From a virus (lineage: Duplodnaviria > Caudoviricetes): DNA of 50,440 nt. The notes under the pieces are model-generated. The model did not search any database. It was not told the DNA's origin and saw only the letters and a list, made by a program, of their open reading frames with translations. The DNA is taken from IMG/VR virus record IMGVR_UViG_3300033388_005055, positions 1-50,440 of that record; one strand, written 5' to 3'. Below, piece after piece: positions 7,826 through 18,091 of the stretch (positions within the stretch are counted from its first letter, which is position 1; every line of letters starts with the position of its first letter). The translations under genes were made by a program, and so were the position numbers.

Positions 7826-8323
7826 ATGAAAAATGGAAAATTAAAAAATGTGCCTGTACTAATAATATACTTCATGATCTTAGGTTTTGCAAGCTGTGAA
7901 AATCCTGTAGTATCTGATCCAGTTGTCCCTGAGGTTGAAATCCAAGAAGAAGAACAGGAGATTATTCCTGATCCGGTTGAAGAGACAATCATAGAAGTCG
8001 AACCTGAGGTTATTATCGAAGATCCGATAATTGTAGTGCCTGGAATAGAATCTACGTTGTACAGCCTTCAGGGAGTGCAGAGAGTGGAAACTTCGGAGCC
8101 TTATGAAATAAACCGATATGTAATCTCTGAAGTAGAATATATTGATATGATGGTAGAGGTTGACGGTAAAGATTATTTCCTGTTTATGGGTGATAATATA
8201 TTAAATAATTTTGGGATTGACGCAACATGTATGACTTTAGAGGAATTTAATATTATTATTGAGATTGTGGGATTGTTTCCGGGGGTATCGCTGAAAGAGT
8301 TGAAGGAGGTTTATAATCCATGA
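7826..8323 (+). CDS. Acidic, Pro-rich lipoprotein
   Basis: Signal peptide ending LGFAS-C, then an E/P/V/I-rich tether. Confidence 0.7.
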   Translation: MKNGKLKNVPVLIIYFMILGFASCENPVVSDPVVPEVEIQEEEQEIIPDPVEETIIEVEPEVIIEDPIIVVPGIESTLYSLQGVQRVETSEPYEINRYVISEVEYIDMMVEVDGKDYFLFMGDNILNNFGIDATCMTLEEFNIIIEIVGLFPGVSLKELKEVYNP

Positions 8324-8448
8324 ATATTATTAAGAAGATAGTTTGTAAACATAACTATATAAAAAAAAGAGGGAATATCAGAATTGGATTTGAATATAAA
8401 TGTCTTGATTATAGGCAATGCTCAAAATGTAATAAAATCATTATATAA
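8320..8448 (+). CDS. Small Zn-binding protein (42 aa, not in ORF track)
   Basis: MNIIKKIVCKHNY...CSKCNK (CxH...CxxC). Confidence 0.5.
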   Translation: MNIIKKIVCKHNYIKKRGNIRIGFEYKCLDYRQCSKCNKIII

Positions 8449-8449
8449 T

Positions 8450-8480
8450 AAAAAAGCTCCCTTAATTGGGAGCCTTTTTT
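8450..8480. terminator. Bidirectional intrinsic terminator
   Basis: A6-GCTCCC-ttaatt-GGGAGC-C-T6 between converging operons. Confidence 0.85.
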
Positions 8481-8895
8481 ACTGATCTTTCGCTTTCCAA
8501 TCTTCCATGGTATGAGTTTTTAGATAATCTTCTTTAATCTGTAAATGTTCTATTTTTCTGTCTGGTTCTGTCATATTCCAATGATCAACAATAACTTTTA
8601 ATTCTGACAAATCAATCAGATTATTACAATCTTTATCATAGAATCTTTTATCATTTCCATTGATAAACATGAACTGTCTATTCACATCTATTTTCAGAAA
8701 GATTTTTATATCTTCACCTGACAGATAGACTCTTTGATTTTCAGGTGATTCGAAAATAAGGTCTTCTTCTGTTTCTCCGATCTGTTTTAATGGTTCTGGT
8801 TTTGATAAATCATATACTTTGCTGTTAATTGTGAGATTTGAGCCTGATAAACTAATCTCATCGGCTATTTTATTTAATTGCGTTTGTATTTTCAT
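8479..8895 (-). CDS. Hypothetical protein after the tail fibre (possible fibre chaperone)
   Basis: Last gene of the tail operon, TAATG coupling. Confidence 0.55.
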   Translation of the reverse strand: MKIQTQLNKIADEISLSGSNLTINSKVYDLSKPEPLKQIGETEEDLIFESPENQRVYLSGEDIKIFLKIDVNRQFMFINGNDKRFYDKDCNNLIDLSELKVIVDHWNMTEPDRKIEHLQIKEDYLKTHTMEDWKAKDQ

Positions 8896-10076
8896 TAGTA
8901 TTTCACTCCTGTTACAAAATATTCATATATTGCTGTTCCCGATACAGACGCCCCTGCAATGGTTCTAAAAACTAAATCACAATCTGGAGTGTCCGGAGTG
9001 AACCTATAACAAATAATACTTGATGCTGATACATTTTCCGTTGAAAGTGCATGTATGTAATAATCAGTAGACGCAACATCTATTACAAAAGGCAGAGTAT
9101 CTGTGGCTGAATTGGACGAAGAAAATGTTACACTTCCAAGCCCTGTGAATTCCACGTTACCGTCAGACCATTGTTTTACCTTGTCGTTTGATACTTTATA
9201 ATCGGAAGTAACCTCATTATCAGGGATCCATTTTGAAAGTGAAGCATCCCAATGGCCTGACGTTTTTAATCCATCTGATATTGGAGTTCCTAGAGAAGAA
9301 GCACCATTATGAATCCCTGTCCCTTTTAAATAAGTTAATCCAGAACCATTAGAAACGACTTTATATTTCTGACCATCTTCAGAACCATCTTCAAGAGTTA
9401 CAGTATTATTCCCACCTGAAGTGTCAGAATTAACTTTTATTTCTCTACTGTTCCCGGCTTCAACAGTTGTATCAGCACTGACAGAAACTTGATACTCAAA
9501 ATATGGCGGTTCCTGTGTAATAGTCAGAATCGATGATCCATCTCCAGTAAATGAACATAAAAGACAATCATAAATAGTCGGTGCTGTATCGTTGACAATT
9601 ATCTCAAAACTGGGCTCTTTTTCATAAACATAAGATCCCGATTTTTTCGCACGATTACGGCTTCCACCGTCAATTTCTTTATATTTGAGCTTAACATAAT
9701 TGACTGTTACTCCGTCGAGTGTCCCGGTTGCTGCAAGATCAAGATTTATTTGGGCTATACTCTCAACGATAAGCGCTAGAATGTCCTCACTCTGTACGGT
9801 CGGTGGTAAAGATGAAAAATCATCAGGAGTTTCTACCGAGAACCCTACAGAACCGAATGCTGCATCGATATTCATATCATCGAAATTGGTTCCTTTTGAA
9901 CAAATCCCGCCACGTAAAAGCTGCGGAGTAAGATTCGTAATAGCTCTCATCATCGTACTCATAAAGTCACGGGATGCGTTAAAATCTCTTCCTAGGTCCT
10001 GCGCGTAATATCTATCCCCTACAGCTAGAGGGATTCCACCTGAATATAATGGATTCTGATATTTTATTCTGCTCAT
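8895..10076 (-). CDS. Tail fibre / receptor-binding protein
   Basis: Follows the baseplate wedge genes; Gly/Ser/Thr-rich beta composition. Confidence 0.65.
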   Translation of the reverse strand: MSRIKYQNPLYSGGIPLAVGDRYYAQDLGRDFNASRDFMSTMMRAITNLTPQLLRGGICSKGTNFDDMNIDAAFGSVGFSVETPDDFSSLPPTVQSEDILALIVESIAQINLDLAATGTLDGVTVNYVKLKYKEIDGGSRNRAKKSGSYVYEKEPSFEIIVNDTAPTIYDCLLCSFTGDGSSILTITQEPPYFEYQVSVSADTTVEAGNSREIKVNSDTSGGNNTVTLEDGSEDGQKYKVVSNGSGLTYLKGTGIHNGASSLGTPISDGLKTSGHWDASLSKWIPDNEVTSDYKVSNDKVKQWSDGNVEFTGLGSVTFSSSNSATDTLPFVIDVASTDYYIHALSTENVSASSIICYRFTPDTPDCDLVFRTIAGASVSGTAIYEYFVTGVKY

Positions 10077-10092
10077 AAATTATCTCCTTTTT

Positions 10093-10878
10093 TTAGTTTA
10101 TTATACCATTAGGATAAACTATAAATTGACCTGATGTATTAAAGTATCCTAAAAATACTCTATAATATGCAGGAACAACGTCTTCTAATGATAATTTAAT
10201 CTGTTCAACTTCATCATATGTCAATATTTTATTATCTACATCTATATATATATTCCCTGCGATTTCTATCTCATCACCGGCTCCGATTAAATCAATGCCG
10301 AATTCAGTGTTTCCCATAGCTCCGACCTGAGAGCCCATTAAATCGGCTCCATAATCTCCGATGTTATCAGTTCCTAAAGTACCGTTAAATGAAGTGTCGG
10401 CAGCTTCAACTAGAATGAAATCTGTCGGAGAATCCCAGACCCATTCTGAAGTGTCGGACACATCAGTTCCAAGGATAGCCCAAAAATTATCTGGGTCATC
10501 GGCTTCATGTCCGAATAGAATCCAATCGGCTGAATCTTGAGCTCTAGCAATTTGAGAATCCCCGCCGGCTATAGAGTCAATTCTCGGCTTTGCGTCTTCT
10601 TCCCATAGTCCCCGGTTCTTATGAGCTTTTACAGCTCCTCTTATTTTTTCTCTTTTTGTTCTGCTGGAATCAGTGTCAAGAATTCCAGCGCTAAGATAAT
10701 TACCAATATCATTTAATAATATCTCTGGCATCCCTGCAGGATCAATTATGCAATTAAGACATAATACATCTTCTTTCCATTCTGCAAGATTAGAATCTAT
10801 CTTATCAGCCATAGCAATGAGTTTTTTATCTCGGGTAAAAAATGAGGGAATAAACTCTTTAAAGGGTATCGGTAACAT
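10093..10878 (-). CDS. Baseplate wedge protein (P2 gpI-like)
   Basis: IIDPAGMPEILLNDIGNYL..KREKIRGAVKAHKNRG..EDVVPAY; downstream of the J-like gene. Confidence 0.7.
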   Translation of the reverse strand: MLPIPFKEFIPSFFTRDKKLIAMADKIDSNLAEWKEDVLCLNCIIDPAGMPEILLNDIGNYLSAGILDTDSSRTKREKIRGAVKAHKNRGLWEEDAKPRIDSIAGGDSQIARAQDSADWILFGHEADDPDNFWAILGTDVSDTSEWVWDSPTDFILVEAADTSFNGTLGTDNIGDYGADLMGSQVGAMGNTEFGIDLIGAGDEIEIAGNIYIDVDNKILTYDEVEQIKLSLEDVVPAYYRVFLGYFNTSGQFIVYPNGIIN

Positions 10879-12633
10879 TTATACAATCTCCGTAATAGTC
10901 ATAGTCCCGTCCGTGGTGATCTCATCTACATCTACCGTAATCGGAAAAGAGGGGACCGCTACTGTTAAATAATCAACTCCGTTTACATTATTATCAACAT
11001 ATCCCAAAGCGTCAGATTCTTGAACATCTCCACCGACTGTACGATAAACAAGATTTTCAATCAATTTTTGTATCTGGTCGAAATTTTCAGCACCGAATGA
11101 AGTGGAAAAAATTGTATTTATGAGATTTACAGCTGATGTAATTCCACTTGCTTCGAAATTATCAAAGATTTCTTTCCCTGTTTCTGAGAAAAATAACTGC
11201 CAGGCTAAAACTGTGAAAGGTTGGACATTGACAAAAGTGAAACCAGGTAATAATTTAATCGCTGATGTTACATTTTGAGTCAAGAAAGTTGCATCCTGGA
11301 CCCGCACGTCGATTGATTCTAAAATTGTCCGGGAGATAAGATAATCTTCAAGGTCAGATTTTAACTGAGCTGATGCATTTCCCCCGCCGTTTGCAATTCC
11401 TATTACTTGAGCCGATAAAACTCCGAAAGCATTTTCATTTACTTTAACCTGAGAGAATCCCCCGAATGCCTCTGCGAGTGCTTCCCCGTCTTCAGCTGTA
11501 ATAAATCTTTCTCTTGCTTTCAATAGGAGAGGGCCGAGCCTTTTCCCTGTGGCTATACTTTCCGGATTATCTCCTCCGGATAATGTTGATTGATTAGAAA
11601 CTCCGACTATATTGGAATTCGCGCCGGCATATATATTTAATGAATCTATGACAGAAATATTACTATCTGATCCACCACCAATCGCGAAAGTTGCATTTAT
11701 ATCGAAAGCGGGAGGAACGATTCCATATTCTCCATCACCGAATCGAATAACTCCGACATTATCAGTCGTATATATTAATTCATAATTCTTATCGGTTGGA
11801 CCGGAAAAAACAAGAGTATCAACTTTTATATAAATATCCCCGTTTATTTCTATGACCAGAGTATCATCAACTATGCTTTCCTCGACTAAAGAAAAATCCT
11901 GCCAGTCTGTTATACCGTCCGAAGATCCGACCGATCTTGAATCCTGTGTTTCCTGCTGATATACGGTGACGGAAACTGAAAGAAGCTTTATATCATGCGT
12001 TCCTGTTCCCTGATCAAGAAGGTCGATAAATGTTCCGGAATAGGCATTTTCAAGGGAAGTTGCTATCCTGATTAAAGTATCTGAAACTTTAATAATCCAA
12101 TATTCAGTATCTACAACTAACGGGAGGGGAAGATCAGATCCAGAAAATACAACTTTTTCTCCAGTCGTAAAAACTCTCACTACTGTTATTGTATCGGTAC
12201 CGGTATTTACAGCCCCAGGGAGAAATCCTTCTGTAACTTCTGAAACTGTTATCCCTGATCTGGCTTCGAATATTTTTGATGATACATTTAAAGAGCCGGC
12301 TGTCTGTGCTTTTAAGTCTGCAGTTGAAACATTAAAAGGAAATGAAGCATTTTTATCTATATAAAATAGAATCGCTCCGGAGGATGTGTCTTGAGGATTC
12401 AGAAAATAATCAATCAATTCCAATAAATCCGCGGTATTCTGTCTGGTGTATGATGTTCTTAAAACAAGGTTGTTTCCCATGGCATTAATCCACATGGAAA
12501 TTACATCACCTATTCCCGCCCATATTCTTTTAAACCAATTCGGCTTATCTGCAAGTTCTGGATCTGAGTTTATATCATTAAGAACCGTGTTAAATGTTCT
12601 CGATGTGAATTGAATGGGGTTTTTGATAGACAT
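10879..12633 (-). CDS. Baseplate wedge protein (gpJ/T4 gp6-like)
   Basis: IQFTSRTFN..IRFGDGEYGIVPP..GGDNPES..RFITAED. Confidence 0.85.
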   Translation of the reverse strand: MSIKNPIQFTSRTFNTVLNDINSDPELADKPNWFKRIWAGIGDVISMWINAMGNNLVLRTSYTRQNTADLLELIDYFLNPQDTSSGAILFYIDKNASFPFNVSTADLKAQTAGSLNVSSKIFEARSGITVSEVTEGFLPGAVNTGTDTITVVRVFTTGEKVVFSGSDLPLPLVVDTEYWIIKVSDTLIRIATSLENAYSGTFIDLLDQGTGTHDIKLLSVSVTVYQQETQDSRSVGSSDGITDWQDFSLVEESIVDDTLVIEINGDIYIKVDTLVFSGPTDKNYELIYTTDNVGVIRFGDGEYGIVPPAFDINATFAIGGGSDSNISVIDSLNIYAGANSNIVGVSNQSTLSGGDNPESIATGKRLGPLLLKARERFITAEDGEALAEAFGGFSQVKVNENAFGVLSAQVIGIANGGGNASAQLKSDLEDYLISRTILESIDVRVQDATFLTQNVTSAIKLLPGFTFVNVQPFTVLAWQLFFSETGKEIFDNFEASGITSAVNLINTIFSTSFGAENFDQIQKLIENLVYRTVGGDVQESDALGYVDNNVNGVDYLTVAVPSFPITVDVDEITTDGTMTITEIV

Positions 12634-12652
12634 ATTCTCTCCTTATTTCGAA

Positions 12653-13054
12653 TCATACCGAAAACTTCGCTGTTGTATTTTGAGTATTTGCAATATCAAA
12701 TAATGCAATATAAAAAATTGATACATCAATAAAGTTCTCTTTATTATCAATTTTAACAGAATTTTGAGAAACTGCAATTCTTCTATCTTTGGATCCGTTC
12801 TGACCATTGCCGACATTAACGTTTCTTTTCGATAATGCTGATACAACATTATAGGGAATTAAAACTGATTGTACTATCGCGTTCGGTGTATTCTCATATT
12901 GATCTAATCCAGCTGAATCATTATCTCTATTATAATAAAGACTTCTTACATTCTGGTTAACGATAGAATGTATATCTGATTCGATTTCCCTTTTTAAATC
13001 ACCTTGTCCGTAATAGAAGAAATTGTCAAAATCTTTTAATTGTTCAATGCTCAT
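12653..13054 (-). CDS. Baseplate sheath-initiator (gp25-like)
   Basis: Size and position between spike and wedge. Confidence 0.55.
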   Translation of the reverse strand: MSIEQLKDFDNFFYYGQGDLKREIESDIHSIVNQNVRSLYYNRDNDSAGLDQYENTPNAIVQSVLIPYNVVSALSKRNVNVGNGQNGSKDRRIAVSQNSVKIDNKENFIDVSIFYIALFDIANTQNTTAKFSV

Positions 13055-13710
13055 TTATCACCTACTTCTACCTGGGAACTTCCCGAGGTAATTTTCCCGT
13101 CCTGTTTTGTCGGTGTTGGGTTTCCTCCAAAAAATGTTGTTAATGCTGTTTTGAGTGCTGCACCTCCATCATTAGGAACTGGTACCCATGCTTGAAATAC
13201 TGCTAGAAATCCAGACCAGAATGACCAGTATGCAGAATCCTCAGAACTTGAGGAAGTTGTCGTATCATCAACTCTCGAAGATGACCGATAATCTTTTTTC
13301 CCGATCTGCAATAAATCAGCTTCCTCATCATATTTCATCATTATTTTATCAGCAGGAGATTCAAATAATATATGCGTTGTCGGTTTTCCGTCGTAATTTT
13401 TGGGGATCATTCCCTTTATCCGGTTCGACTTCCCTATACAGATAGGAAAGTCCCGGTTTCCGTCAACAAATTGAATTATAACATAATCATCCTTTTTTAC
13501 AGTGGATAATAGATTTTTATCTGTCCCATGACACCATGCTGCCTTGTTATTTGTATCCCATCCGAGAGAAGGAACCTGAATTAAAACTCTCCCTAATTTC
13601 TCAGGATCGTTTAAATCTTTGACTTGTCCTTCCCTAGGAATTAAGAATTTCACTTGACGATCTATAATAGAGTTGATTATTCCGAATAAAGTATCTTTAT
13701 CATATATCAT
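13051..13710 (-). CDS. Baseplate spike (gpV/gp5 N-terminal OB fold)
   Basis: GQVKDLNDPEKLGRVLIQVP..VIIQFVDGNRDFPICIG. Confidence 0.85.
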   Translation of the reverse strand: MIYDKDTLFGIINSIIDRQVKFLIPREGQVKDLNDPEKLGRVLIQVPSLGWDTNNKAAWCHGTDKNLLSTVKKDDYVIIQFVDGNRDFPICIGKSNRIKGMIPKNYDGKPTTHILFESPADKIMMKYDEEADLLQIGKKDYRSSSRVDDTTTSSSSEDSAYWSFWSGFLAVFQAWVPVPNDGGAALKTALTTFFGGNPTPTKQDGKITSGSSQVEVGDK

Positions 13711-14948
13711 AATAATCCCGTCCCAATATCTGATATTGAGAAAACATCGACAATTTCAGTACTCATCTTATATCCTGTTTTTTCAATATTATGAGTAACT
13801 TTATTATAATAATATTTCGCCTGTTTTCCCCCTAGTCTATCCGGGAATCCATTATTGATTATTACCTGATTAGGAGGCATGACAAGCGGGTTTCCGATCT
13901 GTTGTGCTGCTATTCTATATCCGAATCCTTGCGGGGCTGTGGTGCTCTCGTATGGATCAAAGAAATGTTTTATATCCTCAAAATCGTTAGTGCGGAGTAA
14001 ATCTTTTACGACTTGTGTCTGAGCTGCTATTCCGTCACCTTCGACATCTGCGATCGCTTCTTTTATTCTCTCAGGTCTGAGTCTGTAAGTTATAACTTTT
14101 TCCTGTTCTGCAACAAATCTTTTTAAAACTACCCGACCATCTACAAAATCGAGTTGAACATTCGAGCCGACACCATTCTCTGATTCATTACTTTTCCAGT
14201 TATATGAGATAACATTGCTGATTTCTCCCTTATATCCAATTGCATGAGTTGAGCCGGTAGCATTGGAAACCCATTTCGGCATTAAAGAATTCCCTATTTT
14301 GTCATTATCCATAAATAAAGCTACAGTTTCACCAGTTGGAGAAAATCCAACAGAAAAAAGAGCTGACCATTCCCGAGCTAGTCTGGTTAAAAACTGAAAA
14401 TCAGTTTCGTCTTGTCTGACTGATCTGGTTGTATTAAGTCTATCAGTGGCATTCCTGAAATTGATAAATCTTTTTATTGGAGAAATTCCGATTCTGTTGA
14501 AAACTTCTGTGATAACATCTCTTCTGGTTCCAGAAGAATAAACGATTGATTCATCTAACCCACGGAATTTGTAACAAGTGAAATTACAATTATATGTGAT
14601 CTGTCCCTTACTGCTTCCACTCCCTGAAGGGGAAGAGATAAATCCTTTTAATCCTCTTCTGATTAGAGATCCGTTTATTTCTGAGGGGTTAAACTTATTA
14701 TTTAAAATATCAGCTTTTAATAAATTATCTCTATACCCCCAGGATATTTTTAGATTCACTCCGGTTCTTAGGATTCGGCTGAATAGATCATTTTTATCAT
14801 AAAAACTTAGAGTCCCTTGGGTCATAGCATCCCGTTGCTCAGTAACAGATAATTTAATAAGGTTTTTTGCCATTACATTATTGTCTAGTGCTACATCATC
14901 AGAGTCGATCTCAAAAAATGAACTGTCATCATTAGTTAATCCTATCAT
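13707..14948 (-). CDS. Baseplate hub (gpD/Mu gp44-like)
   Basis: LKISWGY..QDETDFQFLTRLAREW..VTHNIEKTGYKMS. Confidence 0.8.
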   Translation of the reverse strand: MIGLTNDDSSFFEIDSDDVALDNNVMAKNLIKLSVTEQRDAMTQGTLSFYDKNDLFSRILRTGVNLKISWGYRDNLLKADILNNKFNPSEINGSLIRRGLKGFISSPSGSGSSKGQITYNCNFTCYKFRGLDESIVYSSGTRRDVITEVFNRIGISPIKRFINFRNATDRLNTTRSVRQDETDFQFLTRLAREWSALFSVGFSPTGETVALFMDNDKIGNSLMPKWVSNATGSTHAIGYKGEISNVISYNWKSNESENGVGSNVQLDFVDGRVVLKRFVAEQEKVITYRLRPERIKEAIADVEGDGIAAQTQVVKDLLRTNDFEDIKHFFDPYESTTAPQGFGYRIAAQQIGNPLVMPPNQVIINNGFPDRLGGKQAKYYYNKVTHNIEKTGYKMSTEIVDVFSISDIGTGLL

Positions 14949-15217
14949 ACTGGAATCTTTAACCTCCTGATTTTAGTAAGGTCAAATCCTGATTCAAATA
15001 ATTCAATTATATTTGCATCAAAAATTCTATATGACTGATCTTCTGAGCCTGGCCCGTAAATATCAGAGCGACTTGCTATTTCATCGAGCGTATCAAGATC
15101 TTTAGATTTTATCTCAAAATTGATCTGATTATCTGGGATCGGCCGAATATCTTTTACCGGGACAATCCTTCCATTCTTGTCATTAAAAGATACAGTCTCT
15201 ATATCAAAATATCTCAA
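14945..15217 (-). CDS. Tail protein X / LysM-like
   Basis: DTLDEIA..IYG..YRIFDAN..LKIP. Confidence 0.7.
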   Translation of the reverse strand: MRYFDIETVSFNDKNGRIVPVKDIRPIPDNQINFEIKSKDLDTLDEIASRSDIYGPGSEDQSYRIFDANIIELFESGFDLTKIRRLKIPV

Positions 15218-15795
15218 AACGATTTCCCCCCTGTACCATCGATTGCATCAACAGCGATTACAGCCTGTTGAGTAAGTATAGCAAGTTTTCTGGACAACTC
15301 TTCAGCTTTATATAATACATTGTTCTCATCAAGCCACAATTCAATTGAGACCTCCGAATATTGCGGAATCCCGAGCTGGTTTGTCCATTGCTTTTTATTT
15401 GTGAAATCACATTTTTTCACGAAATAAACTAACGGTACTGATCCAGTTCCCCAGTAATATAAAACTTTAGGATTCGGGTTAAATTGAGTTGTAAAAATAT
15501 TTAGCAATCCTACAGACTGGTTTCTGAGTACGTCGAATTGTTTTAAAAGAAGAGAATTTCCGATTGTATTATTCCTTTTAACCAATGGAAGAGTGAAAGA
15601 TATTTTTCTATTACCGTTACCTCCATGTTGAATCGGGGAATAATTTAAACCGGGAATCGGGACTTCAGTTAAGAATATATCTTTATTGTCGCTCATATCC
15701 CCTGGGACTGTTTTTGATGTAATAATCTGCTTGTTCGATAGATCAAACATAAACCACGGGAGATTGAAGCTATAATGCGGTACATTAAAATTCAT
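15214..15795 (-). CDS. Tail tube initiator (gpU/CIS tube-like)
   Basis: IPGLNYSPIQHGGNGNRKISF..PKVLYYWG; follows the tape measure. Confidence 0.7.
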   Translation of the reverse strand: MNFNVPHYSFNLPWFMFDLSNKQIITSKTVPGDMSDNKDIFLTEVPIPGLNYSPIQHGGNGNRKISFTLPLVKRNNTIGNSLLLKQFDVLRNQSVGLLNIFTTQFNPNPKVLYYWGTGSVPLVYFVKKCDFTNKKQWTNQLGIPQYSEVSIELWLDENNVLYKAEELSRKLAILTQQAVIAVDAIDGTGGKSF

Positions 15796-17078
15796 AATCC
15801 GTACCTCTCAAATTCAGAATTAAACTCATTTCTCATTTGTTCAATTAATCCAGCCCCTAATCCTCTGCCTTCTTCAATCCCTCCGTTCTGAACATTTATA
15901 TTCATCCCGGTAAAATCGATATTTGCTGTAGAAGTATTTCCAACTGAGGTCTGTAGTTCTGGGAATAATCGCGCGTCCTGTTCTTTTAAGGCTGCAAGGT
16001 TGCTCTGTTCTGGTCCTTCTCCTTTCTCCCCAAATCCAAGAGCACCTAAGAGATTTTGAGTCTGTCCTTTTAAAGTACCAAAGAATCCGAATTCCTTTAT
16101 AGCGGTTATTGTATCGGCGATATCGCCAAGAACTGTAGCTATAAACTCGAATGTTTTTAATATCCCGGTTCCTATTATATTACCGAGACCTTCGAATAGT
16201 CCTCCCCATGCTTCTAATGCTTCTGTAGATCCAAATATGGATTCTCGGATATCTGACCAGGCATCTAGGATATTTTGTAATGGTGTCATTATTCCGCTTA
16301 TTGCAGGTACAAATCCATCAAGGAATTTATCTGTCATTTGAATGACAAAGCCGACCATTTCTCCTATTAGTTTGCCCATAGAAGTAAGAACACCTTTAAA
16401 AGAATTCCCCTCATCATTCACTTTGGTGAATATCCCAAGGAATTCCCCTAGATTCTCTACTATTCCCATCAAAGATGGGCCGATATTCCCAAGCCCAGAA
16501 AAGAATCCCGAGAATAATCCTCCGATTTGTTCGACCATTAAAGATACAAATTGTACGGCGGTTGCAATTTTAAAAACTATAAGATTGAAAATATTATCTA
16601 TGCTCTTTATTCTATCCCCGAATATCTTTTCCGCGAATCCGGCAACAACAACGGACATCCTTTTGATGAATCCGATTATGTTTTTTACACCCTGTACTAC
16701 AGCTCTAAAAATATTAGCGAGGTTCTGGCCCCATTTTACAAACATGACTCTTGAATCTCTGACCCAATCAAGCATTTTTTGAAGAAGAGGGAAAATTTCT
16801 TTTCGGAGTGGGAATAATAGATTTTTCAAGAAAACATCTTTAGCAATACCAAAAGCCTGCCCGACCTCCGGCATATCTAAAAGAGCGGTCTTTATGGCTT
16901 TGAATCCTGCGAATAATAGACCAAGTTTTCCGACTACGGCGGTCAATCCCCTGGATACACCTTTGGCCACTGTTGAGGCTTTAGTCTCCATTTGACCAAA
17001 TCCTCCCATGACCTTTTTAATTCCTTTATCAAAAAATGAGGTATCAAAAGTAAATCCTAGATCTGCTTCAGCTGCCAT
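15792..17078 (-). CDS. Tape measure protein (short, 428 aa)
   Basis: Amphipathic Gly/Ile/Phe-rich helices; canonical position after the chaperone. Confidence 0.8.
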   Translation of the reverse strand: MAAEADLGFTFDTSFFDKGIKKVMGGFGQMETKASTVAKGVSRGLTAVVGKLGLLFAGFKAIKTALLDMPEVGQAFGIAKDVFLKNLLFPLRKEIFPLLQKMLDWVRDSRVMFVKWGQNLANIFRAVVQGVKNIIGFIKRMSVVVAGFAEKIFGDRIKSIDNIFNLIVFKIATAVQFVSLMVEQIGGLFSGFFSGLGNIGPSLMGIVENLGEFLGIFTKVNDEGNSFKGVLTSMGKLIGEMVGFVIQMTDKFLDGFVPAISGIMTPLQNILDAWSDIRESIFGSTEALEAWGGLFEGLGNIIGTGILKTFEFIATVLGDIADTITAIKEFGFFGTLKGQTQNLLGALGFGEKGEGPEQSNLAALKEQDARLFPELQTSVGNTSTANIDFTGMNINVQNGGIEEGRGLGAGLIEQMRNEFNSEFERYGL

Positions 17079-17304
17079 TCTTATTATCCTTTACCAATTC
17101 AACTATTTCCTGAATCTTATCATAATCGAAATTACAAATATCCTGATAAGAAAATACCCCCGGATATTTGGTACCGATCTGAATAGATGCAAAAATCAGA
17201 TTATCTTCACCATAGCCTAGATCTAAAATCCCGTTAATACACAGATAGGGATTTTCTGAACCTTCACGGGTGGCTACTTCCCCGATCGGGTCTAGTCGAA
17301 AAAA
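17068..17304 (-). other. Programmed -1 frameshift extension of the tail assembly chaperone (gpGT-like)
   Basis: Slippery T TTT TTC at 17304-17298 just before TAG; the -1 frame is open about 77 codons to TGA 17070-17068, overlapping the tape measure start. Confidence 0.75.
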
Positions 17305-18086
17305 CGGTTAGTCTCGACAATAAACTTAAAAGTCTTATCACACTTTGAACAAGTCCTTTCAAGTTTTTTCTGTAGTCCGTAGATTTTAAGCTCATCAGCT
17401 ATTTTTTCAATATCGTCAAGCTCCAATCGATCAAAGATATACATTCCCCATGTAGACCGGAATTTATGGTCGACCTCTTCAAGGTTTTGATGTGTCATAG
17501 CTGAAACATACATCATATATTGAGCTCTTACTTTATCCGTTGGGAATTTCATTGAACCAGAAATCCCGTTATTCATATTCGGAAAATCGAAAGTAAGATT
17601 TTCTATGTTAAAAAGGACATCACCTTTTTTTGTCTTAATCTCGATCGGTTCATCAAGCTCAATAGTCACAGAAGGTCTTTCGTCTTTCTCATATTCAATA
17701 GCCTCTAAGTCGTCAAACTTAATTCTGTTGTCCATATCTTCATCTTCAGATATAAACTCATAAATATATTTATCGTTACATCTGGGACAATGAACTATTT
17801 GTTCTATCGATCCATCAGACCGTCGAACAAAAACAAGTTTAGCCAAATATTCTGCAGACTGAAAAGGCATGTGTCGAACAATGCCTTCAATCTGAGTTTT
17901 ATCTGTTATGACATCTCCATCTGAAGAGGTAACAGATTTTAGACACCCGGAGACTAGCCTGACTATTCCAGTCATTTCGTTGGGCGCTTTTTCTGCATCT
18001 GCAAGAACACCGCCTTTCGGTTTTACCAGTTCTCCATGGGTGTATATTTTCCCGCCATGATAGACGGGTACCAAGAATTTATCCAT
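17292..18086 (-). CDS. Tail assembly chaperone / hub-assembly protein with two CxxC
   Basis: Between tube and tape measure; CPRC...CSKC. Confidence 0.7.
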   Translation of the reverse strand: MDKFLVPVYHGGKIYTHGELVKPKGGVLADAEKAPNEMTGIVRLVSGCLKSVTSSDGDVITDKTQIEGIVRHMPFQSAEYLAKLVFVRRSDGSIEQIVHCPRCNDKYIYEFISEDEDMDNRIKFDDLEAIEYEKDERPSVTIELDEPIEIKTKKGDVLFNIENLTFDFPNMNNGISGSMKFPTDKVRAQYMMYVSAMTHQNLEEVDHKFRSTWGMYIFDRLELDDIEKIADELKIYGLQKKLERTCSKCDKTFKFIVETNRFFD

Positions 18087-18091
18087 TCAAT

